A stretch of DNA of 56,958 nt from Rhodospirillales bacterium (GTDB taxonomy: Bacteria > Pseudomonadota > Alphaproteobacteria > Bin95): assembly GCA_008081395.1 (NCBI GenBank), contig VMCJ01000026.1, forward strand, positions 1 to 56,958, written 5' to 3'. Shown here in pieces: positions 1 to 9,308 of the stretch. Made by a program: the position numbers and the translations under genes. How positions within the stretch are numbered: the stretch's first letter is position 1; each line of letters begins with the position of its first letter. Under the pieces are notes generated by a model. It had not been told where the DNA came from, ran no database searches, and was given only the letters and a program-made list of their open reading frames with translations.

Positions 1-47
1 ATGAGCCATCCACTGCGCTTGCATTTGCAGCGAATGCTGTGAAATGA
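1..47 (+). CDS. 3' end of an upstream gene entering from the left edge (product unknown)
   Basis: Frame 3 is open from the edge (..EPSTALAFAANAVK*). Its TGA (45-47) overlaps the next gene's ATG (44-46) as ATGA. Frame 1 is also open, to a TGA at 40-42, so the frame is unresolved. Confidence 0.25.
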   Translation, partial: EPSTALAFAANAVK

Positions 48-1243
48 CGGGTCCTCTAGAAGGTATAAAGGTTGTTGACCTTTGCAGTGTCATTTCTGGT
101 CCTGCCGCAACGGTTCAGCTGGCTGATCAGGGAGCGGACGTAATTAAGGTTGAAGCCTTGGCAGGTGATATAACACGCCAAAGTAGAGCCCAATCTCCAG
201 GATTTTCACCCAGCTTTGTCGCCTGCAATCGTGGCAAGCGATCGATTTCTTTAGATTTAAAATCGGAGCCGGGTAGAGAAATTCTCTGGCGCCTAATCGA
301 AAGCGCCGATGTTATTGCTCAGAACTATCGTCCTGGAGCGATCGAAAGGCTTGGCTTCGGTTATGAAACAGTAAAGTTACGCAATCCTGGTATCGTCTAT
401 CTTTCTATAAGTGGGGTAGGCGCGACTGGGCCCTACGCTGAAAAGCGGGTTTACGACCCTATCATCCAAGCTCTTTCAGGTCTTGCCGACATTCAGGCTG
501 ATCCATTATCGGGTCGCCCAAAGATGATGCGGACCATTGTTGCGGACAAGACAACGGCGATTTATGCGGCACAAGCGGTTACAGCAGCGCTAGTCGCGAA
601 AGGGAGAACGGGGGAAGGGCAACATGTTCAGATTTCTATGCTGGATGTGATGCTTTCTTATCTTTGGCCTGAAGGTATGGCGCCCTTTGCTGTGGTGGCA
701 GATGACACAAAAGAAGCCCGAGCTTCGGCACACGATATGATTTTTGAAACCAGTGATGGTTTTATCACTTTTGGAGCAGTTTCGGATAAGGAGTGGGAGG
801 GTCTTTGCATCGCATTGGAGAGACCTGATCTAGTGAAAGATTCTCGATTTGCGACGCCTGCCGCACGCTCTAAAAACAGGCAGGAACGATTGGAATTAGT
901 TGATGGATTAATATCTCAGCGAAGCCGAGACGAGCTCATCGCTGCACTTGAAGCCAATGATGTGCCTTGCATGCCAGTACTTCGAAGAATTGAAGTTCTA
1001 GAGGACCCGCAGGTGCTTCATAATCAAGCGGTGAGCACTATTGATCAGCCAGGCCTTGGCCCTACTCGGCAAGCTCGTGCCGCTGCACGCTTCAGCGCTA
1101 CCCCCTCTCATGAACCTCGAACTGCTCCATCTTTAGGGCAAGATACGATTAAAGTTTTGGCTGAGATTGGCTTTACTGCCGAAGATATGCAGCGCCTCCT
1201 GGAAACAGGCACAATTTACGCACCTGATATGAGGGACGCTTGA
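44..1243 (+). CDS. Family III CoA-transferase (CaiB/BaiF/Frc family), paralogue 1
   Basis: 399-aa ORF. N-terminal GIKVVDL..SGP...L.D.GADVIKVE signature, QNYRPG motif, and the conserved Asp in VYDPIIQALSG 40 residues after RPG. Confidence 0.9.
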   Translation: MTGPLEGIKVVDLCSVISGPAATVQLADQGADVIKVEALAGDITRQSRAQSPGFSPSFVACNRGKRSISLDLKSEPGREILWRLIESADVIAQNYRPGAIERLGFGYETVKLRNPGIVYLSISGVGATGPYAEKRVYDPIIQALSGLADIQADPLSGRPKMMRTIVADKTTAIYAAQAVTAALVAKGRTGEGQHVQISMLDVMLSYLWPEGMAPFAVVADDTKEARASAHDMIFETSDGFITFGAVSDKEWEGLCIALERPDLVKDSRFATPAARSKNRQERLELVDGLISQRSRDELIAALEANDVPCMPVLRRIEVLEDPQVLHNQAVSTIDQPGLGPTRQARAAARFSATPSHEPRTAPSLGQDTIKVLAEIGFTAEDMQRLLETGTIYAPDMRDA

Positions 1244-1417
1244 TTGTTTTGACAGAAATAACTGCATGACATTTGGGCTGGTGATCGCGATGGCTTCGAT
1301 AAAGTATAAATCCTGTGTCTCTCGCCACTATTAAGTCCAAGCGAAATTTCTTGAAGATTATGCTGCGTTTGCAGCGAAAAGAGTTACACTTAGGGAAATT
1401 GAAAAGGATTCACGTCG

Positions 1418-2182
1418 ATGGATATGGGGCTTGCGGGTAAGCGTGCTTTGATTACGGGTGGCTCGAAAGGTATAGGGCTTGCGGCTGCAAAGGGATTAGC
1501 TGAAGAGGGCGTGTTACCCATTATTGTATCGCGAACTGCTGCTGATCTGGAGCGTGCTGTTCAGAGTATTAAGCAGGCCACCGGGGTTGATGCAGATTTT
1601 CGCGCCGTTGATTTATCAAATGGCGATGCAGCCCGCTCTTTGGTTGCTGAATTCAGCGACATTGACATCCTTGTAAACAATGCAGGTGCCATTCCTCCTG
1701 GAACCGTCGAGGAGGTTGAAGAGCCTCGCTGGCGCGAAGCTTGGGATTTGAAGGTCTTTGGCTACATCAATATGACGAGGGCAGTTTATGGCAATATGCG
1801 GCGGCAGGGCCATGGCGTTATTGTGAACGTAATTGGTGCTGCGGGTGTCAAGCATAGCCCAGGTTATGTTGCAGGTTCTGTTGGAAATGCCGGTTTGATT
1901 GCCTTCACCAAAGCTGTGGGCGGTGTCTCACTCCGAGACAATATTCGGGTTTGTGGTCTTAATCCTGGGTTAGTTGTTACCGATCGCATGGAAACGATGT
2001 TGCGGGGTACCGCTAGTGAGCAATACGGTGATCCTGAACGTTGGCAAGAATGCATGCCAACCGATCCGCCGCCATCTCAGGCGGAAGATTGTGCTGACCT
2101 TATTGTTTTCCTCGCCAGTGACCGTGCAAAAATGATTACTGGTACAACTGTTAACCTTGATGGTGGTGCAACTCAGCGTTGA
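1418..2182 (+). CDS. SDR-family oxidoreductase with an atypical active-site motif
   Basis: 254 aa. TGGSKGIG cofactor motif and NNAG. The active-site region reads GYVAGSVGNAGLIAFTK: Tyr is present but no Lys sits at +4. Confidence 0.85.
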   Translation: MDMGLAGKRALITGGSKGIGLAAAKGLAEEGVLPIIVSRTAADLERAVQSIKQATGVDADFRAVDLSNGDAARSLVAEFSDIDILVNNAGAIPPGTVEEVEEPRWREAWDLKVFGYINMTRAVYGNMRRQGHGVIVNVIGAAGVKHSPGYVAGSVGNAGLIAFTKAVGGVSLRDNIRVCGLNPGLVVTDRMETMLRGTASEQYGDPERWQECMPTDPPPSQAEDCADLIVFLASDRAKMITGTTVNLDGGATQR

Positions 2183-2208
2183 TCTGAATCAAAATGGGAG
2201 CCGTGCTA

Positions 2209-2814
2209 ATGCGTTATATTGGTTTTTTGTTTTTTGTGAGTTTGGCTTCACCTGCGCTTGCTCATCATCCGATGGGTGGAGTTGTTCCTGAAACATTGTT
2301 GCATGGGCTTATGTCGGGTGTTGGACATCCTATCATTGGCCTTGATCACTTCGCCTTCATCGTTGCAGCTGGAGTGCTAGCGGCAACAATAAATAATCGC
2401 TTATGGGTTCTAGCGCCTCTTGGCCTGGTTGGCGGCGCTCTCCTTGGCTCCGCTGTCCACTTATCATCAACGAATATTGCAGGGGCTGAGGCGCTAGTGG
2501 CTCTATCTGTAGTTATTGCTGGCGGATTGATGGCCATTGGAGCCCGAGCACGCATCGGTATTTTACTCGCACTGTTTGCACTTTCAGGTGTCTTTCATGG
2601 ATATGCTTACGCAGAAGCGGTGATAGGCGCAGAAAACAGTATTATTACAGCGTATCTTGCAGCTTTTAGCGCTACGCAATGGGTTATTGCTGTTGTTGCT
2701 GGCTTTGCTGCACGCTTGATTTTTGACGAATTTGCCTGGTTTCGTGCAAGGAAGTTAGCTGGTTCGTCAATAGCAATGCTAGGCGCAGTCCTACTTACTC
2801 AAGCTGTTGTTTAA
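2209..2814 (+). CDS. HupE/UreJ-family metal (Ni/Co) transporter
   Basis: ORF 2194-2814. GGGAG lies 8 nt before the ATG at 2209. Signal peptide ends ..SPALA|HHPMGG, the mature N-terminal His motif typical of HupE/UreJ. Multiple Gly/Ala-rich TM helices. Confidence 0.8.
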   Translation: MRYIGFLFFVSLASPALAHHPMGGVVPETLLHGLMSGVGHPIIGLDHFAFIVAAGVLAATINNRLWVLAPLGLVGGALLGSAVHLSSTNIAGAEALVALSVVIAGGLMAIGARARIGILLALFALSGVFHGYAYAEAVIGAENSIITAYLAAFSATQWVIAVVAGFAARLIFDEFAWFRARKLAGSSIAMLGAVLLTQAVV

Positions 2815-2832
2815 TTTATTTTCTAGGGAAAA

Positions 2833-2907
2833 TGGTGGGCGGTACTGGGATTGAACCAGTGACCCCTGCGATGTCAACACAGTGCTCTACCGCTGAGCTA
2901 ACCGCCC
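2833..2907 (-). tRNA. tRNA-Val (anticodon GAC)
   Basis: The reverse complement folds as a cloverleaf: acceptor GGGCGGT/ACCGCCC, anticodon stem CTGTG/CGCAG with loop TTGACAT, T-arm ACTGG-TTCAATC-CCAGT, encoded CCA. 75 nt. Confidence 0.9.
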
Positions 2908-3002
2908 GCTGAGGCCGCGGGTTTAACCAAGAACGGGTTTTCCTGCAAGAGGGGAAAGCTGATAAGCTATTTTAATGAGTCGAATATTTTGGGAGTCGGC
3001 CA

Positions 3003-4184
3003 ATGAATGCTGCTAAAATGCTTGCTGAGCGATACCTGAAGTTCGGCATTTTTCTTGCACCTTTCCATCCTGTGGAAGAGAACCCATTGCTTTGTCTGGA
3101 GCGAGATATGCAACTCCTCCAGCACATTGATGAGCTTGGTTATGATGAGGCTTGGGTTGGTGAGCATCATTCAGGTGGCTTTGAAATCATCGCTAACCCA
3201 GAGTTATTCATTGCCCAGGCAATTGAGCGCACACGATATCTCCGTTTAGGAACGGGCGTAGTCTCACTTCCGTACCACAATCCTTTCACTATTGCCTCGC
3301 GAATGACGCAGCTTGATTATCAAGCGCGAGGACGCGCCATGTTTGGAGTGGGGCCTGGGGCCCTGGTTGGCGATGCCTTTCGCATGGGAATTGACCCGGA
3401 GAATCAACGTCGCATGCTGAATGAGGCGTTAGATGCCATTTTGCCACTAATGCGTGGTGAAATGGTTACGATGGAAACTGATTGGTTCAATCTGCGCGAG
3501 GCACGATTACAGTTGCCTGGTTTCACCCGACCTCACATGGAAATGGCTGTGGCATCTGCGCGCTCACCTGTTGGAGCGTTGGCTGCGGGCAAACACGGAC
3601 TAGGAATGTTGTCAATTGGTGGTACGTCCGATGATGCGCTAACGGCTCATGCAAATAACTGGGGCCTGGCTGAGAGTACTGCGGTTGAAAATGGCCATAA
3701 TCTTGACCGAAAGAATTGGCGTATCGTTACGCTTATGCACGTAGCAGAGACCCGCGATAAAGCATTACAAAACGTAAAGTGGGGAATTGAGCGATGGGCC
3801 AGGTATTTCCGTGAAATTGCCACTTTTCCTATCGTTCCTGCCGACATTCATGATGCCGCTGAGTATCTAACTGAAAATAAAATGGCTGTTATTGGTTCAC
3901 CCCAAGACGCTATTGAATATCTGGAGAGACTATGGGACGGCTCCGGTGGTTTTGGTTGTCTCATGCAGCTTGCTCATAACTGGGCGGATTGGGAAGAAAC
4001 AAAGCGTTCCTATGAGCTTATTGCTCGGCAAGTTTTCCCACATTTTCAGAATTCAAATATGCTCCGTCATTTCTCCTATGATTATTCCCACGAAAACAGG
4101 CCAATGTTCATCGGCAAAGCCGAAAAGGCAGTAATGAGCGAGATTGAAAAGCATAAGGCCAAAACGGAACAAGCAGCTGAATAG
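3003..4184 (+). CDS. LLM-class (luciferase-like) flavin-dependent oxidoreductase/monooxygenase
   Basis: 393 aa. N-terminus KFGIFLAPFHP...LGYDEAWVGEHHS is typical of luciferase-like monooxygenases. GGGAG RBS 8 nt upstream. Confidence 0.85.
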   Translation: MNAAKMLAERYLKFGIFLAPFHPVEENPLLCLERDMQLLQHIDELGYDEAWVGEHHSGGFEIIANPELFIAQAIERTRYLRLGTGVVSLPYHNPFTIASRMTQLDYQARGRAMFGVGPGALVGDAFRMGIDPENQRRMLNEALDAILPLMRGEMVTMETDWFNLREARLQLPGFTRPHMEMAVASARSPVGALAAGKHGLGMLSIGGTSDDALTAHANNWGLAESTAVENGHNLDRKNWRIVTLMHVAETRDKALQNVKWGIERWARYFREIATFPIVPADIHDAAEYLTENKMAVIGSPQDAIEYLERLWDGSGGFGCLMQLAHNWADWEETKRSYELIARQVFPHFQNSNMLRHFSYDYSHENRPMFIGKAEKAVMSEIEKHKAKTEQAAE

Positions 4185-4282
4185 GCAATTGTTTTTATCT
4201 GTCTGTGCCAAAAGCAATTAATTCTCTTGTCCTAGTCAAATGCCGTTGGGGCACCTAGGTAGAGATCATGGAGATTTGACAC

Positions 4283-5731
4283 ATGGTTATGTTACCTGAT
4301 CCTGATCCTGCAATTTTAGCAGCTAGGGAAGAAATTATCCGTGATCTGCGAACTATCATCGCTGCAGTTGATGGAGTAATCGATCATCCGGATGAGATTA
4401 AGCCTTATGAAACCGATGCATTAACGGCCTATAAGGAAACACCGCTTGCAGTAGTATTGCCTGAGACGACTGATGAGGTCGCGGCGGTTATGGCCTATTG
4501 CCATAGTCGAGGCGTTAAAGTGGTTGCAAGGGGCGCGGGAACATCTTTGGCTGGAGGCGCTCTACCTCTCAAAGATGCTATCGTCTTGGGTGTTTCAAAA
4601 ATGACCCAAATATTAGAGGTCGATTATGACAATCGGACGATCACCCTTCAGCCAGGGGTAACAAATCTTGGTGTTACAGACGCTGTGTCTGGGGATCGGT
4701 TCTTCTATGCGCCAGACCCTTCATCACAGCTTGCCTGCACTATTGCAGGTAATATTGGCATGAACTCTGGCGGGGCTCACTGTCTAAAATACGGCGTGAC
4801 TTCAAATAATCTCATGGGCGTGGAGCTTGTGTTGCCAACCGGTGAAATTGTGCGGCTTGGCGGCAAGCATCTGGATGCTGGAGGGCTAGACCTTCTAGGC
4901 CTTATAACGGGTTCAGAAGGTATGCTTGGGGTGGTAACAGAAGCAACACTTCGAATTTTGCATTCACCTGAAGGTGCTCGTCCTATCCTTTTTGGTTTTA
5001 AGTCGAGCAGAGATGCTGGCGCTTGTGTAGACGCGATCATTGCTTCCGGCATCATTCCTGTTGCGATCGAATTCATGGATCGCCCCGCTATTCATGCTAC
5101 AGAAAAGTTTGCCCACGCAGGATATCCACTCGATGTTGAGGCCCTACTCATAATAGAGGTTGAAGGCTCGCGCGATGAGATAGATGCAATGCTTAGCCGC
5201 ATCCAGAATATAGCAAAAGATTTTTCGCCGGCTTATGAGCGAGTTGCTAAAACCAGTGCAGAAAGTATCGCAATTTGGAAGGGCCGGAAATCCGCATTCG
5301 GCGCTATTGGCCGTATCTCGCCTGATTACTTTTGCATGGATGGAACCATCCCAACTGGGAAACTTCCAGAAGCCTTAGATGGAATAGCGTCTATTTGCCA
5401 ATCTTATGGCTTTGAGGTTGCAAACATCTTCCATGCAGGTGACGGCAATCTGCATCCTCTGATCTTATACAATGCGAATGAACCTGGAGAGACAGAGCGC
5501 GCGGAGGCCTGTGGGGGTGATATATTGAAGCTGTGCGTGGCGCTTGGCGGTTGCCTCACAGGGGAACACGGCGTTGGTGTCGAAAAGAGGGACCTGATGA
5601 CGGAACAGTTCACGGCAGATGAACTTGACCTTCAACGACGCATAAAGCGAGCATTTGATCCAAAGTATCTGATGAACCCTCACAAAGTGTTTCCCCTTGA
5701 AGCAACATCTATGATGGAAGCTGCAGAGTGA
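4283..5731 (+). CDS. glcD: FAD-linked oxidase, glycolate oxidase subunit GlcD-like
   Basis: 482 aa. FAD-binding PCMH-type motif VVARGAGTSLAGGALP and C-terminal GEHGVG..K motif. GGAGA RBS. Confidence 0.85.
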   Translation: MVMLPDPDPAILAAREEIIRDLRTIIAAVDGVIDHPDEIKPYETDALTAYKETPLAVVLPETTDEVAAVMAYCHSRGVKVVARGAGTSLAGGALPLKDAIVLGVSKMTQILEVDYDNRTITLQPGVTNLGVTDAVSGDRFFYAPDPSSQLACTIAGNIGMNSGGAHCLKYGVTSNNLMGVELVLPTGEIVRLGGKHLDAGGLDLLGLITGSEGMLGVVTEATLRILHSPEGARPILFGFKSSRDAGACVDAIIASGIIPVAIEFMDRPAIHATEKFAHAGYPLDVEALLIIEVEGSRDEIDAMLSRIQNIAKDFSPAYERVAKTSAESIAIWKGRKSAFGAIGRISPDYFCMDGTIPTGKLPEALDGIASICQSYGFEVANIFHAGDGNLHPLILYNANEPGETERAEACGGDILKLCVALGGCLTGEHGVGVEKRDLMTEQFTADELDLQRRIKRAFDPKYLMNPHKVFPLEATSMMEAAE

Positions 5732-6924
5732 CTGACTTTTTGCGCCCCGAGACACCAGAGGAGGTTGCTGAGGCAATCAAGGATATTGGTAGACCTATTG
5801 GTATCGAGGGCGGCGGTGGTCTCAAAGGTCTTGGCAGGACCGTCGATGAGCAGTGCATCCTAAAAACAGATCGTCTAACTGGTGTTGTAGAATACAGCCC
5901 TACCGAGCTTTTCGTATCCTTTGCTGCAGGTACAACTTTGGCGGATGCGAAAGCAGTGTTGGCAGAAAAAAATCAACGTTTGCCTTTTGATCCGCCCGAC
6001 CTGACGCACTTGTATGGCTCAAATGCCCCGGCAACAGTTGGTGGAGTGGCTGCGGCGGGACTATCGGGCCCATCCCGATTGGCGTCTGGAGCTGCAAGAG
6101 ATTTTCTTATTGGCATTAAGTTTGTGGATGGCATAGGCCAATACATGCATGGTGGCGGTCGGGTGATGAAAAATGTCACTGGTTACGACCTATGTAAGAT
6201 TTCAGCTGGAGCGATGGGAACATTAGGCGTTTTCACTGAAGTCACATTTAAAGTTTTGCCTAACGCAGTTGCCGAACGTACGCTCGCGCTTCAAGGTCTT
6301 GATGACTTTGCGGGGCAAGCAGCAATGTCTGCAGCGCTTAAGACCCCATTTGAGCCTGTGGCAGCAGCACATTTGCCAGCCAATATTGCGGAGCGGTTTG
6401 AGGGGATAAGTAATTCATCGCAAACTTTAATCCGCTTTGAGGGTTTTCCTGATAGTCTTGATTATCGGACTGAGGCTATTCGTAAACATCTTCAGGCAGA
6501 AAACATCATCACTTATGACGGGGAGGCATCTGCTGCTATATGGTCGGGGGTTCGGGATATTTTGCCATTCCAGTCACCTGATGATCGGGCAATTTGGCGT
6601 ATTTCAACAGCACCTACAGCCGGCCCAGACTTGGTGGCAAAATTACAAGGTCTGGGTGGAGAAGCATTTTATGATTGGGCTGGGGGAATGATCTGGCTAG
6701 CTTTGCCACCTCACCTAGAAGCTGCAGGTTCAGCTGAAATACGATCTGCTATTGAATTTACTGGCGGTCATGCGACCCTAATGAGAGGGCCTGAGCCTGT
6801 TCGAGCGGTTGTGGACGTGTTCCAACCTTTGGCCCCAACTATTATGAAACTTACCAAAGGCCTGAAGGATGTTTTTGATCCAAATGGCATACTAAACCCT
6901 GGCCGTATGTACGCTGATATATAA
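5728..6924 (+). CDS. glcE: Glycolate oxidase FAD-binding subunit GlcE-like
   Basis: 398 aa. The GTG start overlaps the glcD stop (GTGA). Motifs VGG..A.GLSGP.R...G..RD...G...V.G and KNV.GYDL are typical of GlcE. Confidence 0.8.
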   Translation: MTDFLRPETPEEVAEAIKDIGRPIGIEGGGGLKGLGRTVDEQCILKTDRLTGVVEYSPTELFVSFAAGTTLADAKAVLAEKNQRLPFDPPDLTHLYGSNAPATVGGVAAAGLSGPSRLASGAARDFLIGIKFVDGIGQYMHGGGRVMKNVTGYDLCKISAGAMGTLGVFTEVTFKVLPNAVAERTLALQGLDDFAGQAAMSAALKTPFEPVAAAHLPANIAERFEGISNSSQTLIRFEGFPDSLDYRTEAIRKHLQAENIITYDGEASAAIWSGVRDILPFQSPDDRAIWRISTAPTAGPDLVAKLQGLGGEAFYDWAGGMIWLALPPHLEAAGSAEIRSAIEFTGGHATLMRGPEPVRAVVDVFQPLAPTIMKLTKGLKDVFDPNGILNPGRMYADI

Positions 6925-6939
6925 CCTCTGGAGTTAGAC

Positions 6940-7476
6940 ATGCTTGATGCAGCTCAATCGAAGTTGAAGCCCTATAGTGGTCCTGTTAGTCCCTTCGCGC
7001 TTCCAGAAATTTTTATACAAGATGCATTTGCTAAGGATGATGAGAGGCTTTGGTGTCCGATGACTCCTTATAGCTGGTCACGCCCTTTGTGCTTAAATGC
7101 AAGCCAGGGATACTGGGTGCATCTATCAAAGTTTCGTAGCAAAGCTGGCGAGGAAAGTATTGTCTCGTGCCACCGTCATCCAGCGCCTGTGCACGGCTTC
7201 ATAATCAAGGGTGGATGGCGTTATCTCGAACACGATTGGGTCGGCACAGAAGGTTCCTATGTGTTTGAGGCGCCTGGCGATATTCACACACTAGTAGCGC
7301 TACCGGATCAACCGGAGAGTATCACCCTCTTTCATAACACTGGTGCTCTTATTTACTGTGATACGGAGGGAAACACGACAGGTTATGCTGATGTATTTAC
7401 CCGTATAGAAGCTTACTCAAAGCATTTCGAAGAAGTGGGTCTTGGAAAAGACTACGTGAAAAATTTTATTAGATAG
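6940..7476 (+). CDS. Cupin, 2,4'-dihydroxyacetophenone dioxygenase (DAD)-family protein
   Basis: 178 aa. HRHPAPVHGFIIKGGWRYLEHDW..G.YVFEAPGDIHTL is a cupin His-cluster motif typical of DAD-like proteins. GGAG RBS, 15 nt after glcE. Confidence 0.7.
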   Translation: MLDAAQSKLKPYSGPVSPFALPEIFIQDAFAKDDERLWCPMTPYSWSRPLCLNASQGYWVHLSKFRSKAGEESIVSCHRHPAPVHGFIIKGGWRYLEHDWVGTEGSYVFEAPGDIHTLVALPDQPESITLFHNTGALIYCDTEGNTTGYADVFTRIEAYSKHFEEVGLGKDYVKNFIR

Positions 7477-7492
7477 TCATTGTGGAGCGGTT

Positions 7493-7521
7493 GAGGCTTA
7501 AGCTGCCGGAGTTTAAGCCTC
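7493..7521. terminator. Bidirectional hairpin between convergent genes
   Basis: Perfect 9-bp inverted repeat GAGGCTTAA (7493-7501) / TTAAGCCTC (7513-7521) with an 11-nt loop. It fills the 56-nt gap between the cupin and ACR3 stops. Confidence 0.5.
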
Positions 7522-7532
7522 TTAGAGAAATT

Positions 7533-8594
7533 TTAGCCACGAAACCAATGCTGGGTTCGATTGGCAAAAGCAACCAGCGAAAGCATTACTGGAACTTCTA
7601 CTAGAACACCCACTACGGTTGCTAATGCCGCCCCAGAATTTAAGCCGAAAAGACTGATAGCTACGGCCACAGCGAGCTCGAAGAAGTTTGAGGTGCCAAT
7701 GAGGGCGCAGGGCGCAGCAATATTGAATGGTGTGCGCCACGCCCAAGCTGCGGCATAAGCCACGGCGAAAATTCCATAAGATTGCAGGAGCAGTGGTACT
7801 GCAATTAGAAGAATAAGGAGAGGGTCAGCAAGGATTGTTGGCCCCTGGAAGCCGAATAGTAGGACTACAGTAGACAGTAGCCCAATTACTGAAAATGGCT
7901 TGACCTTACTAGTGAAGTTGGAAATGGCGGTACCTGAATTGGCGTTTCGTCTTGTCAGAACGCTGCGCGTAAAAACTCCAGCAATTAGTGGAATAACCAC
8001 GTACAACAAGACGGATAAAATCAGAGTTGCCCAAGGTACCTTGATATCCGTCACTCCAAGCAGCAGAGCTACAATGGGAGCAAACGCAACAATCATTATC
8101 AGGTCGTTTATTGATACCTGAACTAGGGTGTAAGTGGGGTCCCCTCGAGTGAGTTGGCTCCATACGAAAACCATTGCAGTGCATGGCGCTGCTCCAAGAA
8201 TAATAACTCCTGCGAGGTATTGTTGAGCATCTTCCGGAGCGAGAAGATCGGCAAATACATGATCGAAAAAAAGAACACCTAGTGCAGCCATCGTGAAAGG
8301 CTTGATTAGCCAGTTCACCACGATCGTTATGATCAGACCTTTTGGGCGTTCCCCAATGCTTTTAAGGCTCGCGAAATCTACGCCAACCATCATTGGATAA
8401 ACCATTGCCCATATCAGTATCGCAACTACAAGATTAACCGAGGCGTATTCGATATCGGCTATGGTCTCGAATAATCCTGGCTCTATGGCCCCAAGGGCAA
8501 TTCCTGCGGCGATACAAAGAGCTACCCAAATTGAAAGCCATTTCTCAAAAAAACCAATGCCGCCTTGAGTTACATCTTTATTTGAAGAGTTCAT
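7533..8594 (-). CDS. acr3: ACR3-family arsenite efflux transporter
   Basis: 353 aa, polytopic. N-terminus [24 protein letters not shown] and overall pattern match ACR3/ArsB(ACR3-type) permeases. Confidence 0.85.
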   Translation of the reverse strand: MNSSNKDVTQGGIGFFEKWLSIWVALCIAAGIALGAIEPGLFETIADIEYASVNLVVAILIWAMVYPMMVGVDFASLKSIGERPKGLIITIVVNWLIKPFTMAALGVLFFDHVFADLLAPEDAQQYLAGVIILGAAPCTAMVFVWSQLTRGDPTYTLVQVSINDLIMIVAFAPIVALLLGVTDIKVPWATLILSVLLYVVIPLIAGVFTRSVLTRRNANSGTAISNFTSKVKPFSVIGLLSTVVLLFGFQGPTILADPLLILLIAVPLLLQSYGIFAVAYAAAWAWRTPFNIAAPCALIGTSNFFELAVAVAISLFGLNSGAALATVVGVLVEVPVMLSLVAFANRTQHWFRG

Positions 8595-8693
8595 TGAACC
8601 TCTCTTGGCCTAAAGTTCGGGTGTGATGCTTGATCAGCGTCCTCGTCCCGAAAGTTCCTAAAGCATTGTTGTTAAATTTTTAAGACTTTTGGT

Positions 8694-9308
8694 TTAGCGC
8701 CACGCGAAAACAGGCTGATCAAAATGATCAACCCTGATAAGTCGACCGTGCATTGCAACCTCGCGAAATTGGTACAGCAGGGCGGCAGTTGGAGCATGAA
8801 CCATATCATTCATGATAGCCATTCGAATAACAGGACGGTCGCTCTCTGGGATGCGAATTAAATCAGGCGATTCTGGCCGATCGAGTTCTTTGAGTGGAAT
8901 GCGATAGAGCGCGTGTACCTCTGATGGGTTGGGAGTTAAGTTCTTGGTCGGCCCAGCCCAGAAGACTAGTGGAGAGATATTGTAGCCTGAGCGTGTCGGG
9001 TAATCATCGAGGCGGCCTACGAGATCTTTGGGAGATAAAGAAAGACCAATTTCTTCCTCCATTTCTCTAAGGCCAGCCTCAACTATAGTCTCCCCAGGAT
9101 CTAACCTCCCACCTGGTAATGCCCATTGGTGTGCGTGTCGCCTTAAACTTCCAGATCTTCGGGTAAGAATGAAGGCAGGAGCTCCGCTTTCGTCCTCCGT
9201 AATAGCTATCGAAACTGCAGCCGCTTTTAATGAGGTATTGTTTACTTTTTGGATTTCTAGGCGAGAAATATTACTCGCCAGTTTTTGACGAAGTTCAGTA
9301 GATATCAT
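8694..9308 (-). CDS. Nudix hydrolase, CoA pyrophosphatase (NudL/Pcd1-like) type
   Basis: 204 aa. Complete Nudix box GRLDPGETIVEAGLREMEEEIGL, preceded by ILTRRSGSLRRHAHQWALPGG. The latter matches the CoA-Nudix motif LLTxR[SA]x3Rx3Gx3FPGG except G->H and F->L. The start overlaps the upstream stop (ATGA). Confidence 0.8.
   Translation of the reverse strand: MISTELRQKLASNISRLEIQKVNNTSLKAAAVSIAITEDESGAPAFILTRRSGSLRRHAHQWALPGGRLDPGETIVEAGLREMEEEIGLSLSPKDLVGRLDDYPTRSGYNISPLVFWAGPTKNLTPNPSEVHALYRIPLKELDRPESPDLIRIPESDRPVIRMAIMNDMVHAPTAALLYQFREVAMHGRLIRVDHFDQPVFAWR

Noticed and set aside
24-1378. A shared 11-mer TTTGCAGCGAA (24-34 and 1368-1378), with small palindromes, upstream of two consecutive genes. 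I considered it as a possible operator.
   Set aside because: An exact 11-mer pair is expected by chance hundreds of times in 57 kb. The first copy very probably lies inside the 3' end of an upstream coding region.
2833-2907. tRNA-Val and tRNA-Leu (26361-26446) as possible genomic-island integration sites.
   Set aside because: There is no integrase, no recognisable direct repeat of the tRNA 3' end, no mobility genes and no obvious compositional shift next to either tRNA.
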